Shown here: positions 17,766 through 27,532 of the stretch, piece after piece
Numbering within the stretch: position 1 is the first letter of the stretch
How the letters are laid out: each line of letters begins with the position of its first letter
Assembly: GCA_041690595.1 (NCBI GenBank)
Contig: JAWLHB010000063.1
Span: forward strand, 1-33,631
Direction of reading: 5' to 3'
Length of the DNA: 33,631 nt
Source: Lentisphaeria bacterium
GTDB taxonomy: Bacteria > Verrucomicrobiota > Lentisphaeria > JABSQK01 > JAWLHB01
The notes under the pieces: model-generated
What the model saw: only the letters and a program-made list of their open reading frames with translations
The model's database searches: none
What the model was told of the DNA's origin: nothing
Translations under genes and position numbers: made by a program

Positions 17766-19363
17766 GAAGCGTGCCGGTGGTTGACGGTGTGGTGCAGGGT
17801 CTCGCCAAACTGGCGCCAGCGTTCGAGGTAGTCGGGGCTGGTCCAGGCATACTGTCGGCTGAAGCTTGCCCGCGCGTGCTGAACCTGTTCGCTATACCAC
17901 CAGCCCCGCGGGTCAGAGGAAAGGGTCTCGAGGTGCGCGGCAAAGGCAGCCGGCTCGTCATGGACGATACCCGCCTGGCGCAGCAAAGCCAAGGCGGCTT
18001 CCGCGTGTGGACGCATGGCGAAGAGCTCGCTGGGCCAGATGCCCACGCAGGGATAATTGAGGGCCATGGCTTCGAGAAAGCAGGTGCCCGGATGATCCAG
18101 AATGAGCAGCTTGCCGCATGACGGAAAGTCGATCATGCCACGGGTCTGATTCAACCTGCCAGGGAAATTCCGACGAAAGCTCTCCTCCTGTGGCCAGTCA
18201 AAGCTTCGGAAGAAGGGCCGATAGACGATCATCTGCTGAATAGATGGAGGGAGAGCCGCGTATGCCTGGTGGCGATTGCCATAGTAGGTTTCGGCCGATT
18301 GCGGATGATAGTCAGGCGCCAGATGTATGGGTCGCGGGTAACAGCTGTTGGAGATCCAGAGAAATGCGTTTGTTTCAAAGCGCTCGGGCAGCGCGTCAAG
18401 GCGGCTGCTGAGCGCGGAATTGGGCAGGGGGACGCACTGGTCTCGGGAACCGTAGCGGTCATCCTGCCAGCCCCAGGTAATGAAGCTGTCCGCCAGCCGG
18501 CGCTCGACCATCTCTTGAAAGAGGTTGGTCGCCATGCCATAGGCACCGCCATGTTGCTGGCCGACGATCCTGCCGCCGTTTTCACGGACGAACGCCATGA
18601 TGAAGACGAGTGAGTACTCCGCGTACAGGCGTGCATCCAACCAGACGACCTGGTAGCGGCCGGCGTGACGCCGCGCAAAGCGGTAGTAGTCGGAGAAAGC
18701 TTCCACCAGGCTGATGGGCAGGGACCACGCCAAGTGTGCGGCGCAGCGGCGAGTATTGTCATCCTGAGCGGTCGCCACAACCTCTTCGGCAATGCGTCGA
18801 CGCAGGTCGAGATTGAAGGTGATTGACGAGGTGTTGAGGCCGGCATAGCCACGCTTGCGCGTTCGGCCAAAGTGGCCGCAGACTGAGCGGACAGCTTTCG
18901 GATCCATGGCGGAGGGGATGGCGAGCAGTCCACTGGTGGTGCGGAAGAGGAGGCGCTCCAGCCAGCCGTCGGGATAGGTGAGCGCGGGCACCTCGAAGCG
19001 AAGCGAGACAGTCGGATTGTCGGTGGCGGTGAGGCAGTCGTAGTGCAGCATGCAGCTCTTGTGCCAGATATCGCTTGGATTATGAACGGCAGGTATGGAG
19101 AGGCCACCGGCGGCCAACTCAACCCGCGGAGGATAACCGCCGGCAAGCACGATCTCGACGTGTGCGGAGAGCCATGGTGCCAGCAGGCACTCCCAGAAGG
19201 CGGATGAATGCTTGACCTGATGCACCTGCCCCAGTACCCCCGCCAGACTCGTCAGCAGTTCATTGAAGATCCGTTGACCGAGGGCTACGGCATCGGCCCC
19301 CGGCGTCAGGGCGCGGGTTGGTGGAGCATATCCGCCGGGAAAGAGGTGGGGTGATGGCGACAT
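17762..19363 (-). CDS. Putative transferase, LIC12162-family-like
   Basis: LLAPWL, GQQHGGAYG, FITWGW, TCFLEAMALNYP, WWYSEQVQHAR. Start ATG 19363, 5 bp after the ABC stop. Family recalled from memory. Confidence 0.68.
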   Translation of the reverse strand: MSPSPHLFPGGYAPPTRALTPGADAVALGQRIFNELLTSLAGVLGQVHQVKHSSAFWECLLAPWLSAHVEIVLAGGYPPRVELAAGGLSIPAVHNPSDIWHKSCMLHYDCLTATDNPTVSLRFEVPALTYPDGWLERLLFRTTSGLLAIPSAMDPKAVRSVCGHFGRTRKRGYAGLNTSSITFNLDLRRRIAEEVVATAQDDNTRRCAAHLAWSLPISLVEAFSDYYRFARRHAGRYQVVWLDARLYAEYSLVFIMAFVRENGGRIVGQQHGGAYGMATNLFQEMVERRLADSFITWGWQDDRYGSRDQCVPLPNSALSSRLDALPERFETNAFLWISNSCYPRPIHLAPDYHPQSAETYYGNRHQAYAALPPSIQQMIVYRPFFRSFDWPQEESFRRNFPGRLNQTRGMIDFPSCGKLLILDHPGTCFLEAMALNYPCVGIWPSELFAMRPHAEAALALLRQAGIVHDEPAAFAAHLETLSSDPRGWWYSEQVQHARASFSRQYAWTSPDYLERWRQFGETLHHTVNHRHAS

Positions 19364-19368
19364 GGGAT

Positions 19369-21192
19369 TCAGATCCGCTGGGCGGCCAGGAGTTGGTTGA
19401 AGAGGGAGTCGGGGCGGGAGGCCAGCTCGTCGAAGCTTCCCTGCTCGGCGATCCGGCCACCGGAGAGAACGTAGATACGGTCGGCGCGGCGGAGGGTGGA
19501 GAGGCGGTGGGCGATGACGATGGTGGTGAGCTTGCCCTTCATCTGATCGATGGTTTCCTGGATGAGGCGCTCGTGCTGGCTGTCGAGGTTGCTGGTGGCC
19601 TCGTCGAGGATGAGTAGCGAGGGTTGCCGATAGAGTTCGCGGGCGATCTGCAGGCGCTGGCACTGTCCACCGGAGAGGGTCATGCCACGGTCGCCGATGA
19701 GGGCGCGGTATCCTTCGGGAAGCTCCTCAATGAATTCGGTGGCCCTGGCGAGTTCGGCGGCATGGCGAATCCGTTGCCAGCCTTCCCGATCCGACTCGTC
19801 GACGGCTTCCATGGCGATGTTGTAGGCGATGGTGTCGTTGTAGATGTGTCCTTCCTGGACAACGTAGCCCACGCTGCGACGCACTTCGTCGAGGTCGAGG
19901 GTACGGAGATCGCGGCCGGCGATATGGACGCTGCCGGCGGAGGGTTGCATGAGGCCGAGCAGGAGGTTGATGGTGGATGTTTTTCCAGCGCCGGAGGTAC
20001 CGGCGATGCCGATCATCTCGCCCGGCTGAATCTGCATGGTGAGGCCGCGCAGCACCGGCTTGTCGCCGAGTATGAGTTCGACGTTGCGCAGCTCGACGGC
20101 ATAGGCGCGCTCCGGGAGGGGATCGGCCCCGGTTTTCTCGCGATCCTCCTCGAAGCGGGCGGTGGCGTGGCTGAAGTTTTCCAGGCTGCCGAGGGTACTG
20201 TGGAAGGTCTGCCAATTGCTTTGAAAGACTTGAACCTGGCGAGTGGCGCGATAGAAGAGATAGAGCATGGGCATCATGGCCAGGAGATTGCCACCGTGGA
20301 CAGCCTGGTCGACGAGAAAGAGGAGGATGGCCATACCCAGGGCAATCGGCTCGGCGAGTGCCGTGACCAGATGGCGAGGGCGCATGCGCAGGAAGTGAAT
20401 CTCGGCGACCTCGCTAACCACCTCTTCCAGCCGTTTCAGCATCTGGGAGAAGCGGGCGGTGGCTTTGAGGTAACGGAAGGACTGGACGCTCTGGATAAGG
20501 AGGTTGTTCAGGCGGGCGTTGGCTTCCGTCATCAGGCGGGAGTAGTGGCGGCTGATCTTGAGCAGCGACTTGAAGGCATAGAGCACAGCCACGGACATGA
20601 CGATCGCGACCACGAGGATGAGGGGACGGATCAGGGCGATGCCGGCCAGGTAGAAGGCGGCGGTTACCAAGGCCGCCAGTGCCAGTACGTAACACGCAAA
20701 GGCGGTGCTGACGGTGATGCTGTCATTGACGATGAGATTGGTGAAATAGCCGACATTCTGCTTCGCGTAGGAAAGGAAGCTGATCCCGGAAAAGCGGTTG
20801 ACCAGTTCCATCCGCAACTTCACCATAAGATTCGCCATCATGCGTTCCTGCAGGATATTCTGCCAGTAGAGACAGATTCCCCGGACGACCACGATGATGC
20901 CGATGAGGACGAAGATGCCGACGAGCGACTGGGGGAGGTGGAAGAAGGTGAGGACGGCCATCACCATGCGGGTGAGCAGAGAGGAAGGCTCTTCCTCCAT
21001 GGATTTGGTGGCCAGGTTGATGAGGGGGACGAGGGTGCCGACGCCAACGACCTCCAGCAGGGTGCCGAAGCCGGTCAGGAAGAAATAGAAGTAGATCCGC
21101 CCCCCAAGTCTTTCCCGATAGAATCGGAAGTAGTGCAGCAGGGTGGAGATCAGCGGGAGATTAAACAAGGTGCGCCTGGTGTTGTCGATCAA
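19369..21192 (-). CDS. ABC transporter permease/ATP-binding fusion (MsbA/PglK-like glycolipid flippase candidate)
   Basis: N-terminal hydrophobic helices; Walker A GTSGAGKTS, LSGGQCQR, ILDEATSNLD, IAHRLST. The TTG start is uncertain. Confidence 0.9.
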   Translation of the reverse strand: MIDNTRRTLFNLPLISTLLHYFRFYRERLGGRIYFYFFLTGFGTLLEVVGVGTLVPLINLATKSMEEEPSSLLTRMVMAVLTFFHLPQSLVGIFVLIGIIVVVRGICLYWQNILQERMMANLMVKLRMELVNRFSGISFLSYAKQNVGYFTNLIVNDSITVSTAFACYVLALAALVTAAFYLAGIALIRPLILVVAIVMSVAVLYAFKSLLKISRHYSRLMTEANARLNNLLIQSVQSFRYLKATARFSQMLKRLEEVVSEVAEIHFLRMRPRHLVTALAEPIALGMAILLFLVDQAVHGGNLLAMMPMLYLFYRATRQVQVFQSNWQTFHSTLGSLENFSHATARFEEDREKTGADPLPERAYAVELRNVELILGDKPVLRGLTMQIQPGEMIGIAGTSGAGKTSTINLLLGLMQPSAGSVHIAGRDLRTLDLDEVRRSVGYVVQEGHIYNDTIAYNIAMEAVDESDREGWQRIRHAAELARATEFIEELPEGYRALIGDRGMTLSGGQCQRLQIARELYRQPSLLILDEATSNLDSQHERLIQETIDQMKGKLTTIVIAHRLSTLRRADRIYVLSGGRIAEQGSFDELASRPDSLFNQLLAAQRI

Positions 21193-21226
21193 GTGATTAC
21201 AGTCAAGTCTACATGCACGCGCGACA

Positions 21227-23065
21227 CTACTGCTCAGAGGCTAATGTGCAGGGGGGAATGGGTTCGATACACATGGCGGCAGCTGAAGGTCGCCACTGGT
21301 TGTCAAGCATCAGTTCATGCTGCTGGTCGATCTTGCCGCTGACGATATACTCCCTCAATAGCTGAATTCCATCAATACCCTGCGTCGCATAATCTTCGAT
21401 GAGAGGGAATTCATCAAAAGAAAATCCCTGAATCAGCACATCATTGACACGATCCAAGAGGGCCACTTCGTCATCAAAGACCAAGCGTCCCATGTACTCA
21501 TGGAAAGGATGACGACGACAGCCCGTCAGATCAAAGTACAATCCTGGTATTCGGTTGGCCAGTCCAACACCAACAGCACTGTTCAGCGCAAGACCTATAT
21601 TCAAATCTGCCGCGCAGACTGTACCGAAGAAATCATCATGAAGACAATCAAATAAATGTACACCATTGGCGCGCAACAGATCCCATTCACCCGCAAAATC
21701 AAAAGCTTTTGGCTTCAGGGCCATCCATGCCTGAGGGAAGCGTCGTCGGCATTCCAGAATAAGTTCAAGGAAGCGCTTCTTGAATGCTGTATTGAACATG
21801 AAGGTGTCGCTGATAGAATTGTCGTAAAAGACAAGCTTCGGAGCCTTCACATCCTTCATTGCAGCAGGAATAGACGGATAATTGTATTCACGATTAAATC
21901 GACAGCCAGCGATGTACAGGCGACAGGTAGAAACACGGTCGACCAAGGGAGTTGCGGCAAGCGGTCCCCAAACGAAGACAGCATCGATGGGACAATGGGA
22001 AAACATAAACGCCTCATACCCAACGAGATCCGAATAGAAATAGGTCGCTGTTCTGACTCCAAGCCACCTTGCCACAATTGCTTCAGCGAATGGTTCACAT
22101 ACCTGAAGATCATAATAGCAGCGAACATCGACATACGAAAAAACCTGAAGAGCATGAAATAAGCGCTGCAGCAAATCAGCGAATTTTGGCAGCATGGAGG
22201 GACGGGAAAGAAGGGTAAATGGCATAACGAGAATGATGGCACCCGCACCCCACAAGAGCGTTGCCCAGTATTCGCGTCCGAAATTAATCCGCCTGGAGCC
22301 GACCAAGTGCAACGTCTTATACTTTAACCTGCGGGCTTCATTAAGTGCGTGCATGCGGTACGGATCATTTTGCTCGGCACGACTAAAGAAGACAACGTCA
22401 TCCGCAGTTATCAGTCTACCATCAATGAGAAAATCGGCACTTGAGAGGCTGTTGGCCTGAATGCGGTTCAGTTCCGTCAAAACTGTTCCTTTATGCCTAT
22501 CAGACAAATGTGGTCTGGCCAGAAAGGCTCTCGCCGCGTTTCTGAGGAATGCAGTGCTATACAAGAGAAGCATCAACAGGGTAAGCAGTAGAGAAAATGT
22601 ATAGCTCCTCCTTTCCAGGTTTTCAGCAGCGGCTATCCGAGCATGCCGCCAAAATGGCAGGATAAAGATCTCCTTCCTACCATCAACCTCCCATAGTGCG
22701 ACTTCCCTGCGGAAGTTATAGAGAAAGACGTTGGCCTGATTGCTGAGATCATGTTCTACAATGTCGCTCTTCACCAACCGGGAAAAGAGCCAGGTGCACC
22801 ATGCATCGCGCATGCGTAACTTGGGCAGCCAAGTTTGACTGAACTTGATATCAGCCTGCAGTCGAACGTGCAAGCCATGCACCAGACCAACGGTATCTTC
22901 CCTGACATAAAGACGCTTCATCAGCCATGAACTTGGTGGCTTTCCGGGGGGAAGACAGCACCGAAAAGATTTTCGGGTCAGCCACCCATAGAGTGAATAG
23001 GCAATCGCCTCGGAGCGCCTGTCTACTACAGCACGGAATATGTTAATGGATGAGGCAATTGCCAA
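21227..23065 (-). CDS. Hypothetical polysaccharide-biosynthesis protein, possible GT-B fold
   Basis: 612-aa ORF in an AT-richer segment; VFVWG, LVFYDNS, LKPK, ADLNIG..NS....ANRIPGLYFD at the C-terminus. The TTG start is uncertain. Confidence 0.6.
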   Translation of the reverse strand: MAIASSINIFRAVVDRRSEAIAYSLYGWLTRKSFRCCLPPGKPPSSWLMKRLYVREDTVGLVHGLHVRLQADIKFSQTWLPKLRMRDAWCTWLFSRLVKSDIVEHDLSNQANVFLYNFRREVALWEVDGRKEIFILPFWRHARIAAAENLERRSYTFSLLLTLLMLLLYSTAFLRNAARAFLARPHLSDRHKGTVLTELNRIQANSLSSADFLIDGRLITADDVVFFSRAEQNDPYRMHALNEARRLKYKTLHLVGSRRINFGREYWATLLWGAGAIILVMPFTLLSRPSMLPKFADLLQRLFHALQVFSYVDVRCYYDLQVCEPFAEAIVARWLGVRTATYFYSDLVGYEAFMFSHCPIDAVFVWGPLAATPLVDRVSTCRLYIAGCRFNREYNYPSIPAAMKDVKAPKLVFYDNSISDTFMFNTAFKKRFLELILECRRRFPQAWMALKPKAFDFAGEWDLLRANGVHLFDCLHDDFFGTVCAADLNIGLALNSAVGVGLANRIPGLYFDLTGCRRHPFHEYMGRLVFDDEVALLDRVNDVLIQGFSFDEFPLIEDYATQGIDGIQLLREYIVSGKIDQQHELMLDNQWRPSAAAMCIEPIPPCTLASEQ

Positions 23066-23136
23066 GTTACAGCAGTCCTTTACCAGATGAGATTACATCC
23101 AGATGATCAACAAAGCAGGCTACTCTGCATGCCTCT

Positions 23137-24333
23137 CTACGAAACTGGTTTTTTCAATCGCCATTCACCATTTTTCTTCTCCCACAGATGCGGAAGACGA
23201 TAGCGGTCAACTACTTCCCAGAAACGCTCCTCAGTGATATTGATATATTCGAGGAACTCGGCGAAATGACGAGCTGGGAATTCACCATCATAGCGATGCA
23301 CGAGCGCAACACCTTCTTCACGAGTCAAGTGTCCATCACGAATCTCATGTGCGGCATCAGATGAGGCTCGCCCTAAGCCGAACTTGATAAAGCCGAGATA
23401 GAAGTGGAAACCATCAGTGCGGTCATCAAGACTTGCATATTTGGAATAGGTTCCCTCGGATCGGCCTGCGGGGTTAGCCTCGAATCCGGTATGCTCGGAT
23501 GAATAGTAGAAGTTTTCCTGTGGTATCCACTTATGATAGTAGCTGAACCAGTGAAACTCGACTTGTCGCTGCTTGATCAGTTCAAGTGGCGGCGGCTTGT
23601 AGAAGGTCAAATCACTCTGTGTGTAATCGTCTGGGGTGATAATGCCGTGTTGCTCTCCCCAAGCGATGCAATCGTCGACGGTGGCGCCTTTGAAATAGGC
23701 TTCGGCAAAATAATCAAGGGGCATTCCCGGCAGATCGGCAGTTTTTGGATTACCGCCATACTCTGCCTCACCGTTCTCACCATAGAAAATGAGCTTGATA
23801 TCAAACTGTACGGCAATGTGAAAGGCGAAAAACACCTGCCCATAGATGAAAGGCAGAAAATTATCGCCTACAGCTTCAAATCCAACTCGGGCAAGCTTGC
23901 GATGAAGTGCGCCATTGGGGAAGCAGGTCAGGTTTGTAAAGCCGGCATTCACAAAATTGCGATGATTCTGCAGACCGATATCTGAATAGACGAAAGGCGC
24001 ATAGGTGATGGTAAGCGGATGCATGCCAAACTCATGTTTTAACCGATGAGCGACATACGAGGCATCTTTTCCACCGCTGCACGGAACAATAACATCGTAA
24101 CGTCCATCGTCACGACGAAACCGGTCACACAGAGCGTGCAGTTCACTTTCTCTGGCATTCCAATCGATACCATGATTCTTACGTTCCGTGAATCGGCATG
24201 CACTACAGATTCCTTCCTCGTCAAAGACAATGCGAGGTCGCTGATTAGAAACCACACATCGTTTGCAGAATATGACCTCTTCTGGAAGTTCACTAAGCTG
24301 TTTGTCCAAGCTAGCAGTAATGGATTTAGCCAT
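23137..24333 (-). CDS. N-acetyl-sugar amidotransferase (WbuX/PseA/WbpG-like, N-type ATP pyrophosphatase)
   Basis: CKRCVVSNQRP, CSAC, VPCSGGKDAS (PP-loop), YGENGEAEYGG, KFGLGRA, IRDGHLTREEG. Start ATG 24333 overlaps the end of the HisH-like gene. Confidence 0.9.
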   Translation of the reverse strand: MAKSITASLDKQLSELPEEVIFCKRCVVSNQRPRIVFDEEGICSACRFTERKNHGIDWNARESELHALCDRFRRDDGRYDVIVPCSGGKDASYVAHRLKHEFGMHPLTITYAPFVYSDIGLQNHRNFVNAGFTNLTCFPNGALHRKLARVGFEAVGDNFLPFIYGQVFFAFHIAVQFDIKLIFYGENGEAEYGGNPKTADLPGMPLDYFAEAYFKGATVDDCIAWGEQHGIITPDDYTQSDLTFYKPPPLELIKQRQVEFHWFSYYHKWIPQENFYYSSEHTGFEANPAGRSEGTYSKYASLDDRTDGFHFYLGFIKFGLGRASSDAAHEIRDGHLTREEGVALVHRYDGEFPARHFAEFLEYINITEERFWEVVDRYRLPHLWEKKNGEWRLKKPVS

Positions 24334-24988
24334 TCCTTTTCTCCTTGATTTCGTTGAGCCAATTTGAGTAGATAGTGAGGCCGTCCGGACCGCTGCGCTC
24401 TGGGTGGAACTGAACGCCGACCACGTTAGCGCTGCGCACGGCGCATGCATAGCGAAACTGTTCATAGCTCACGTTGGCGCAAATGATGCTATCCATGGTG
24501 GGCCGAACGTAGTATGAGTGTACAAAATACATGTACGGAGAATGCGGCAAGTTGACAAACAACGCATCTCGTGGTTCTGACAGGAGGAGCGGAGACCACC
24601 CGATGTGGGGCACCCGAATCGGGACGTTTGAGCAGGCATCTAACCTTATGGAGCGAACGTCGCCGGGAAGAATGCCAAGACCTTCCGTAAGTGAAAATTC
24701 ATTGCTTTCGCGGAAGAGCAGTTGCATTCCGAGACAAATACCCAGAATGGGAGTGCCAGCGACAGCCAGATCTCTTATCGCCACATCGAGACCCTGTGCA
24801 CGGAGTTGCTGCATCGCGTATGGAAACCCACCAACGCCTGGCAGAATGATGGCGTCAAATTGTTTGAGCTCCAGAGGCGTGGAACATAATCGAGCATCAG
24901 CACCAACGCTGCCGCATGCCTGCAATATGCTGTACACATTTCCCATTCCATAGTCGACGATGCCAATTTGGACGGAACTCATACTCAT
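24326..24988 (-). CDS. HisH-like glutamine amidotransferase (WbuY-type)
   Basis: DYGMGN, LPGVG, GICLGMQLL, PHIGW, YFVHSY, QFHPE. Confidence 0.92.
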   Translation of the reverse strand: MSMSSVQIGIVDYGMGNVYSILQACGSVGADARLCSTPLELKQFDAIILPGVGGFPYAMQQLRAQGLDVAIRDLAVAGTPILGICLGMQLLFRESNEFSLTEGLGILPGDVRSIRLDACSNVPIRVPHIGWSPLLLSEPRDALFVNLPHSPYMYFVHSYYVRPTMDSIICANVSYEQFRYACAVRSANVVGVQFHPERSGPDGLTIYSNWLNEIKEKRNG

Positions 24989-25836
24989 ATGGGTCTACAG
25001 GAAATATCGCTCAAGGCGAGCGATTTTTTCAGTTCAGGGATACTGCAGGAAACAACGCGTTTTTGAATCAATTGTTTTTGCAGATAGTGAATATTGCCTT
25101 CACCTTCCAAGTCGAAATGCTTGGGGTGACTATTGATGGCCTGGTAATGCAACATGGAAGCGATGGCGACAGCGCTGACTTGAGCTTGTTCAATGACATG
25201 CTGAACATGTAAAGGGCATCCTGCACCGCCACCAGCGATTACTGGAATATCAACAGCAGTAGCAATGGAACGAACAAGGTCGAGTTCGAAACCCTTCCCG
25301 GTTCCTTCCTGGTCGATGGAGGTAATCAGAAGCTCACCCGCACCAAGTTCAGCGGCCTGCCTGGCCCATTCAATAGCGTCAAGATCCGTTGGTTCTCGGC
25401 CATTATCGGTATAGACTTGATATCTGCCGGCAGCCGTTCTCAAGACCTCAATGGACACAACAATCGTGGAGCTTCCGAATCGCTGAGCGGCATGCGAGAT
25501 GATCTGCGGAGACTTCACGGCAGCCGTATTGAGGGCGATTTTGTCTGCGCCATTGGTCAGGACGTCCTGAATATCCTGCAAGGAGCGTAAGCCGCCGCCG
25601 ACGGTTAATGGGACAAAAATCCGGCTTGCGGTGCGTTTGACGATATCCAAGAGATTGTTACGGCCATAGAGACTGGCGACGACATCCATATAGAGGAGCT
25701 CGTCAGCGCCCTCCTGATAGTAATGCTGGGAGAAGAACTCGGGCTTGCCCAGCACCCGTAAACCCTCGAGATGGATTCCCTTAACCAGATTGGGCCCTTT
25801 AATGTCAAGCCGGGGTATGATGCGAATTGGATGCAC
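24985..25836 (-). CDS. HisF-like cyclase subunit (WbuZ-type)
   Basis: RIIPRLDIKGPNLVKGIHLEGLR, GADEL, PLTVGGG, SIDQEGTGKG. A GTG start at 25836 avoids overlap with the upstream gene. Confidence 0.9.
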   Translation of the reverse strand: MHPIRIIPRLDIKGPNLVKGIHLEGLRVLGKPEFFSQHYYQEGADELLYMDVVASLYGRNNLLDIVKRTASRIFVPLTVGGGLRSLQDIQDVLTNGADKIALNTAAVKSPQIISHAAQRFGSSTIVVSIEVLRTAAGRYQVYTDNGREPTDLDAIEWARQAAELGAGELLITSIDQEGTGKGFELDLVRSIATAVDIPVIAGGGAGCPLHVQHVIEQAQVSAVAIASMLHYQAINSHPKHFDLEGEGNIHYLQKQLIQKRVVSCSIPELKKSLALSDISCRPI

Positions 25837-25843
25837 AGTCAGC

Positions 25844-27532
25844 TCAGGTATGGTATCCGCGGGCGAGTGCGAGGTCGGCATGTTGGCCGACGTCTGCCCA
25901 ATCGCCGTCAATCAGATGAACCCCAACGGGTTCGTTTCGGCTGATAGCCTGCTCAATGAGGTCGGTAATCGGAAACTCACGGTCTCGTGGAACATGGTCC
26001 AAGACGGCTGGCGACAGGAGATAAATGCCGGCGTTGACGAGATAATGATGGGTTGGTTTCTCGACAAGTTGAACAACCCGCTGGCGATCGACTTCTATGA
26101 CGCCATAGGGAATTTCGACAGCATGATCCCGGATACCGACAGTAATCAGGTTGCCGGCAGTCACATGGGCATCGACCAGATCGCCGACATTGACCTGCGT
26201 GATCAGATCGCCATTGAGAACGAGAAGCGGTCTGTCTATGGGCCAGGTATCGCGGAGCAGACTGAGGGCTCCCCCGGTGCCAAGTGGCTGCCCTTCGCGC
26301 AGATAGGTGATCCGGCAGCCGAAATCGTGTCCGTCGCCAAAATAGTCTTCGATGACATTGCCGAGATGATTGACGGCAATGTAAATATCCCGCACGTTGC
26401 TGCCGCTGAGGTGGAGGATGATGTGCTCGAGTATCGGCCGTCCGGCGACCCGCACCATGGGTTTGGGAATGGTCTCGGTGAGGGGGCGAAGCCGGGTGCC
26501 TTTGCCGCCAGCCATGATGACGGCGGCGACATCGAGCATGCCGCTGCCGAGCCAGCCGCCGAGGAAATGCAGGCCCACGACTCTGCCCTTGTCGTCGAGC
26601 ACGGGCAACTGCCCGATCTCATGGGCCCGCATCAGATCGATCGCCTTGGCACGGGAGACCGCTTCGCGAGCCGCGATGAAGTTGGCCGACATGATGGCGG
26701 CGACGGGAATGCTGAAGTCCTGTTGGGCGAGCAGGGCTCGACGGATGTCGCCGTCGGTCAAGACGCCCAGGAGCTTCTTTTGCTCATCGACAACGAGGGC
26801 AATCAGGGCACCTTCCCTGGCGACGACAGCGACAGCGTCGAAGAGCGATGTCGTAGGTGGAATGCACAGGCCGTCCAGATTGAGTTTATTTCGCGGTCGG
26901 ATGACGACAGCCGGTACTCCTGCAACGGTCAGGCCATCAGCGATGTTGGAGATGACGACGGCGCCTGCCCCAACGGTGCAGTCGTTGCCGACGCGAACAT
27001 GATCGCGCAGCTTGGCGCCAATTCCAATAAGAGTGCAATTGCCTACCAGGCAGCCGCCGCCGGTCAGCGCCCCCGGAGCGATATGACTGTAATCGCCAAG
27101 TTGAACATCATGCTCAATCAGTGCCTGGGTGTTGACAATGCCATGGCAGCCGATTTTCGAGTTTACCTGGAGGACTGATCGGGCACCGATGAAGACGCCT
27201 TCTCCCACCGTGGCGTGGGGGGAGATCGTGGCAGTGGGATGGATGACCTTGGCCCACCGATCCTGTGGGATGTCGAATGCCTCCACAATGCCCTTGCGGC
27301 GATCGAGAGGAGCGCCCATGCCGAGTATGATCTGGGCGGAGGGATGGCGACTCAGCAGTTGTTCGAGGTCATTGTCGTTGCCCAAATGCGGCACACGGAA
27401 ACGCTCTTCGGTAGATGCATTGGGTTCAGGGGCCAGGTAGCCAAGAAGCTGCCAGCCGGAGCTTTCCGCGGCATCCATGACAACCCGGGCATGTTCACCA
27501 CCACCGATGACGATCAAGGAATGATTACTCAC
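25844..27532 (-). CDS. Fusion: PglD/NeuD-like sugar acetyltransferase + CBS pair + nucleotidyltransferase (PtmE-like)
   Basis: IGGGEHARVV, IHPTA, IEHD, AGVPA; then TDGDIRRALL (CBS); then MAGGKGTRLRPLT, PKPM, PLGTGGAL, LNGDL, NAGIY, WADVG. GTG 27532 overlaps the neuC stop. Confidence 0.88.
   Translation of the reverse strand: MSNHSLIVIGGGEHARVVMDAAESSGWQLLGYLAPEPNASTEERFRVPHLGNDNDLEQLLSRHPSAQIILGMGAPLDRRKGIVEAFDIPQDRWAKVIHPTATISPHATVGEGVFIGARSVLQVNSKIGCHGIVNTQALIEHDVQLGDYSHIAPGALTGGGCLVGNCTLIGIGAKLRDHVRVGNDCTVGAGAVVISNIADGLTVAGVPAVVIRPRNKLNLDGLCIPPTTSLFDAVAVVAREGALIALVVDEQKKLLGVLTDGDIRRALLAQQDFSIPVAAIMSANFIAAREAVSRAKAIDLMRAHEIGQLPVLDDKGRVVGLHFLGGWLGSGMLDVAAVIMAGGKGTRLRPLTETIPKPMVRVAGRPILEHIILHLSGSNVRDIYIAVNHLGNVIEDYFGDGHDFGCRITYLREGQPLGTGGALSLLRDTWPIDRPLLVLNGDLITQVNVGDLVDAHVTAGNLITVGIRDHAVEIPYGVIEVDRQRVVQLVEKPTHHYLVNAGIYLLSPAVLDHVPRDREFPITDLIEQAISRNEPVGVHLIDGDWADVGQHADLALARGYHT

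Noticed and set aside
24326..25836. Histidine biosynthesis operon (hisH/hisF)
   Set aside because: No other his genes are present, and the pair is coupled to a WbuX-like amidotransferase inside a glycan cluster.
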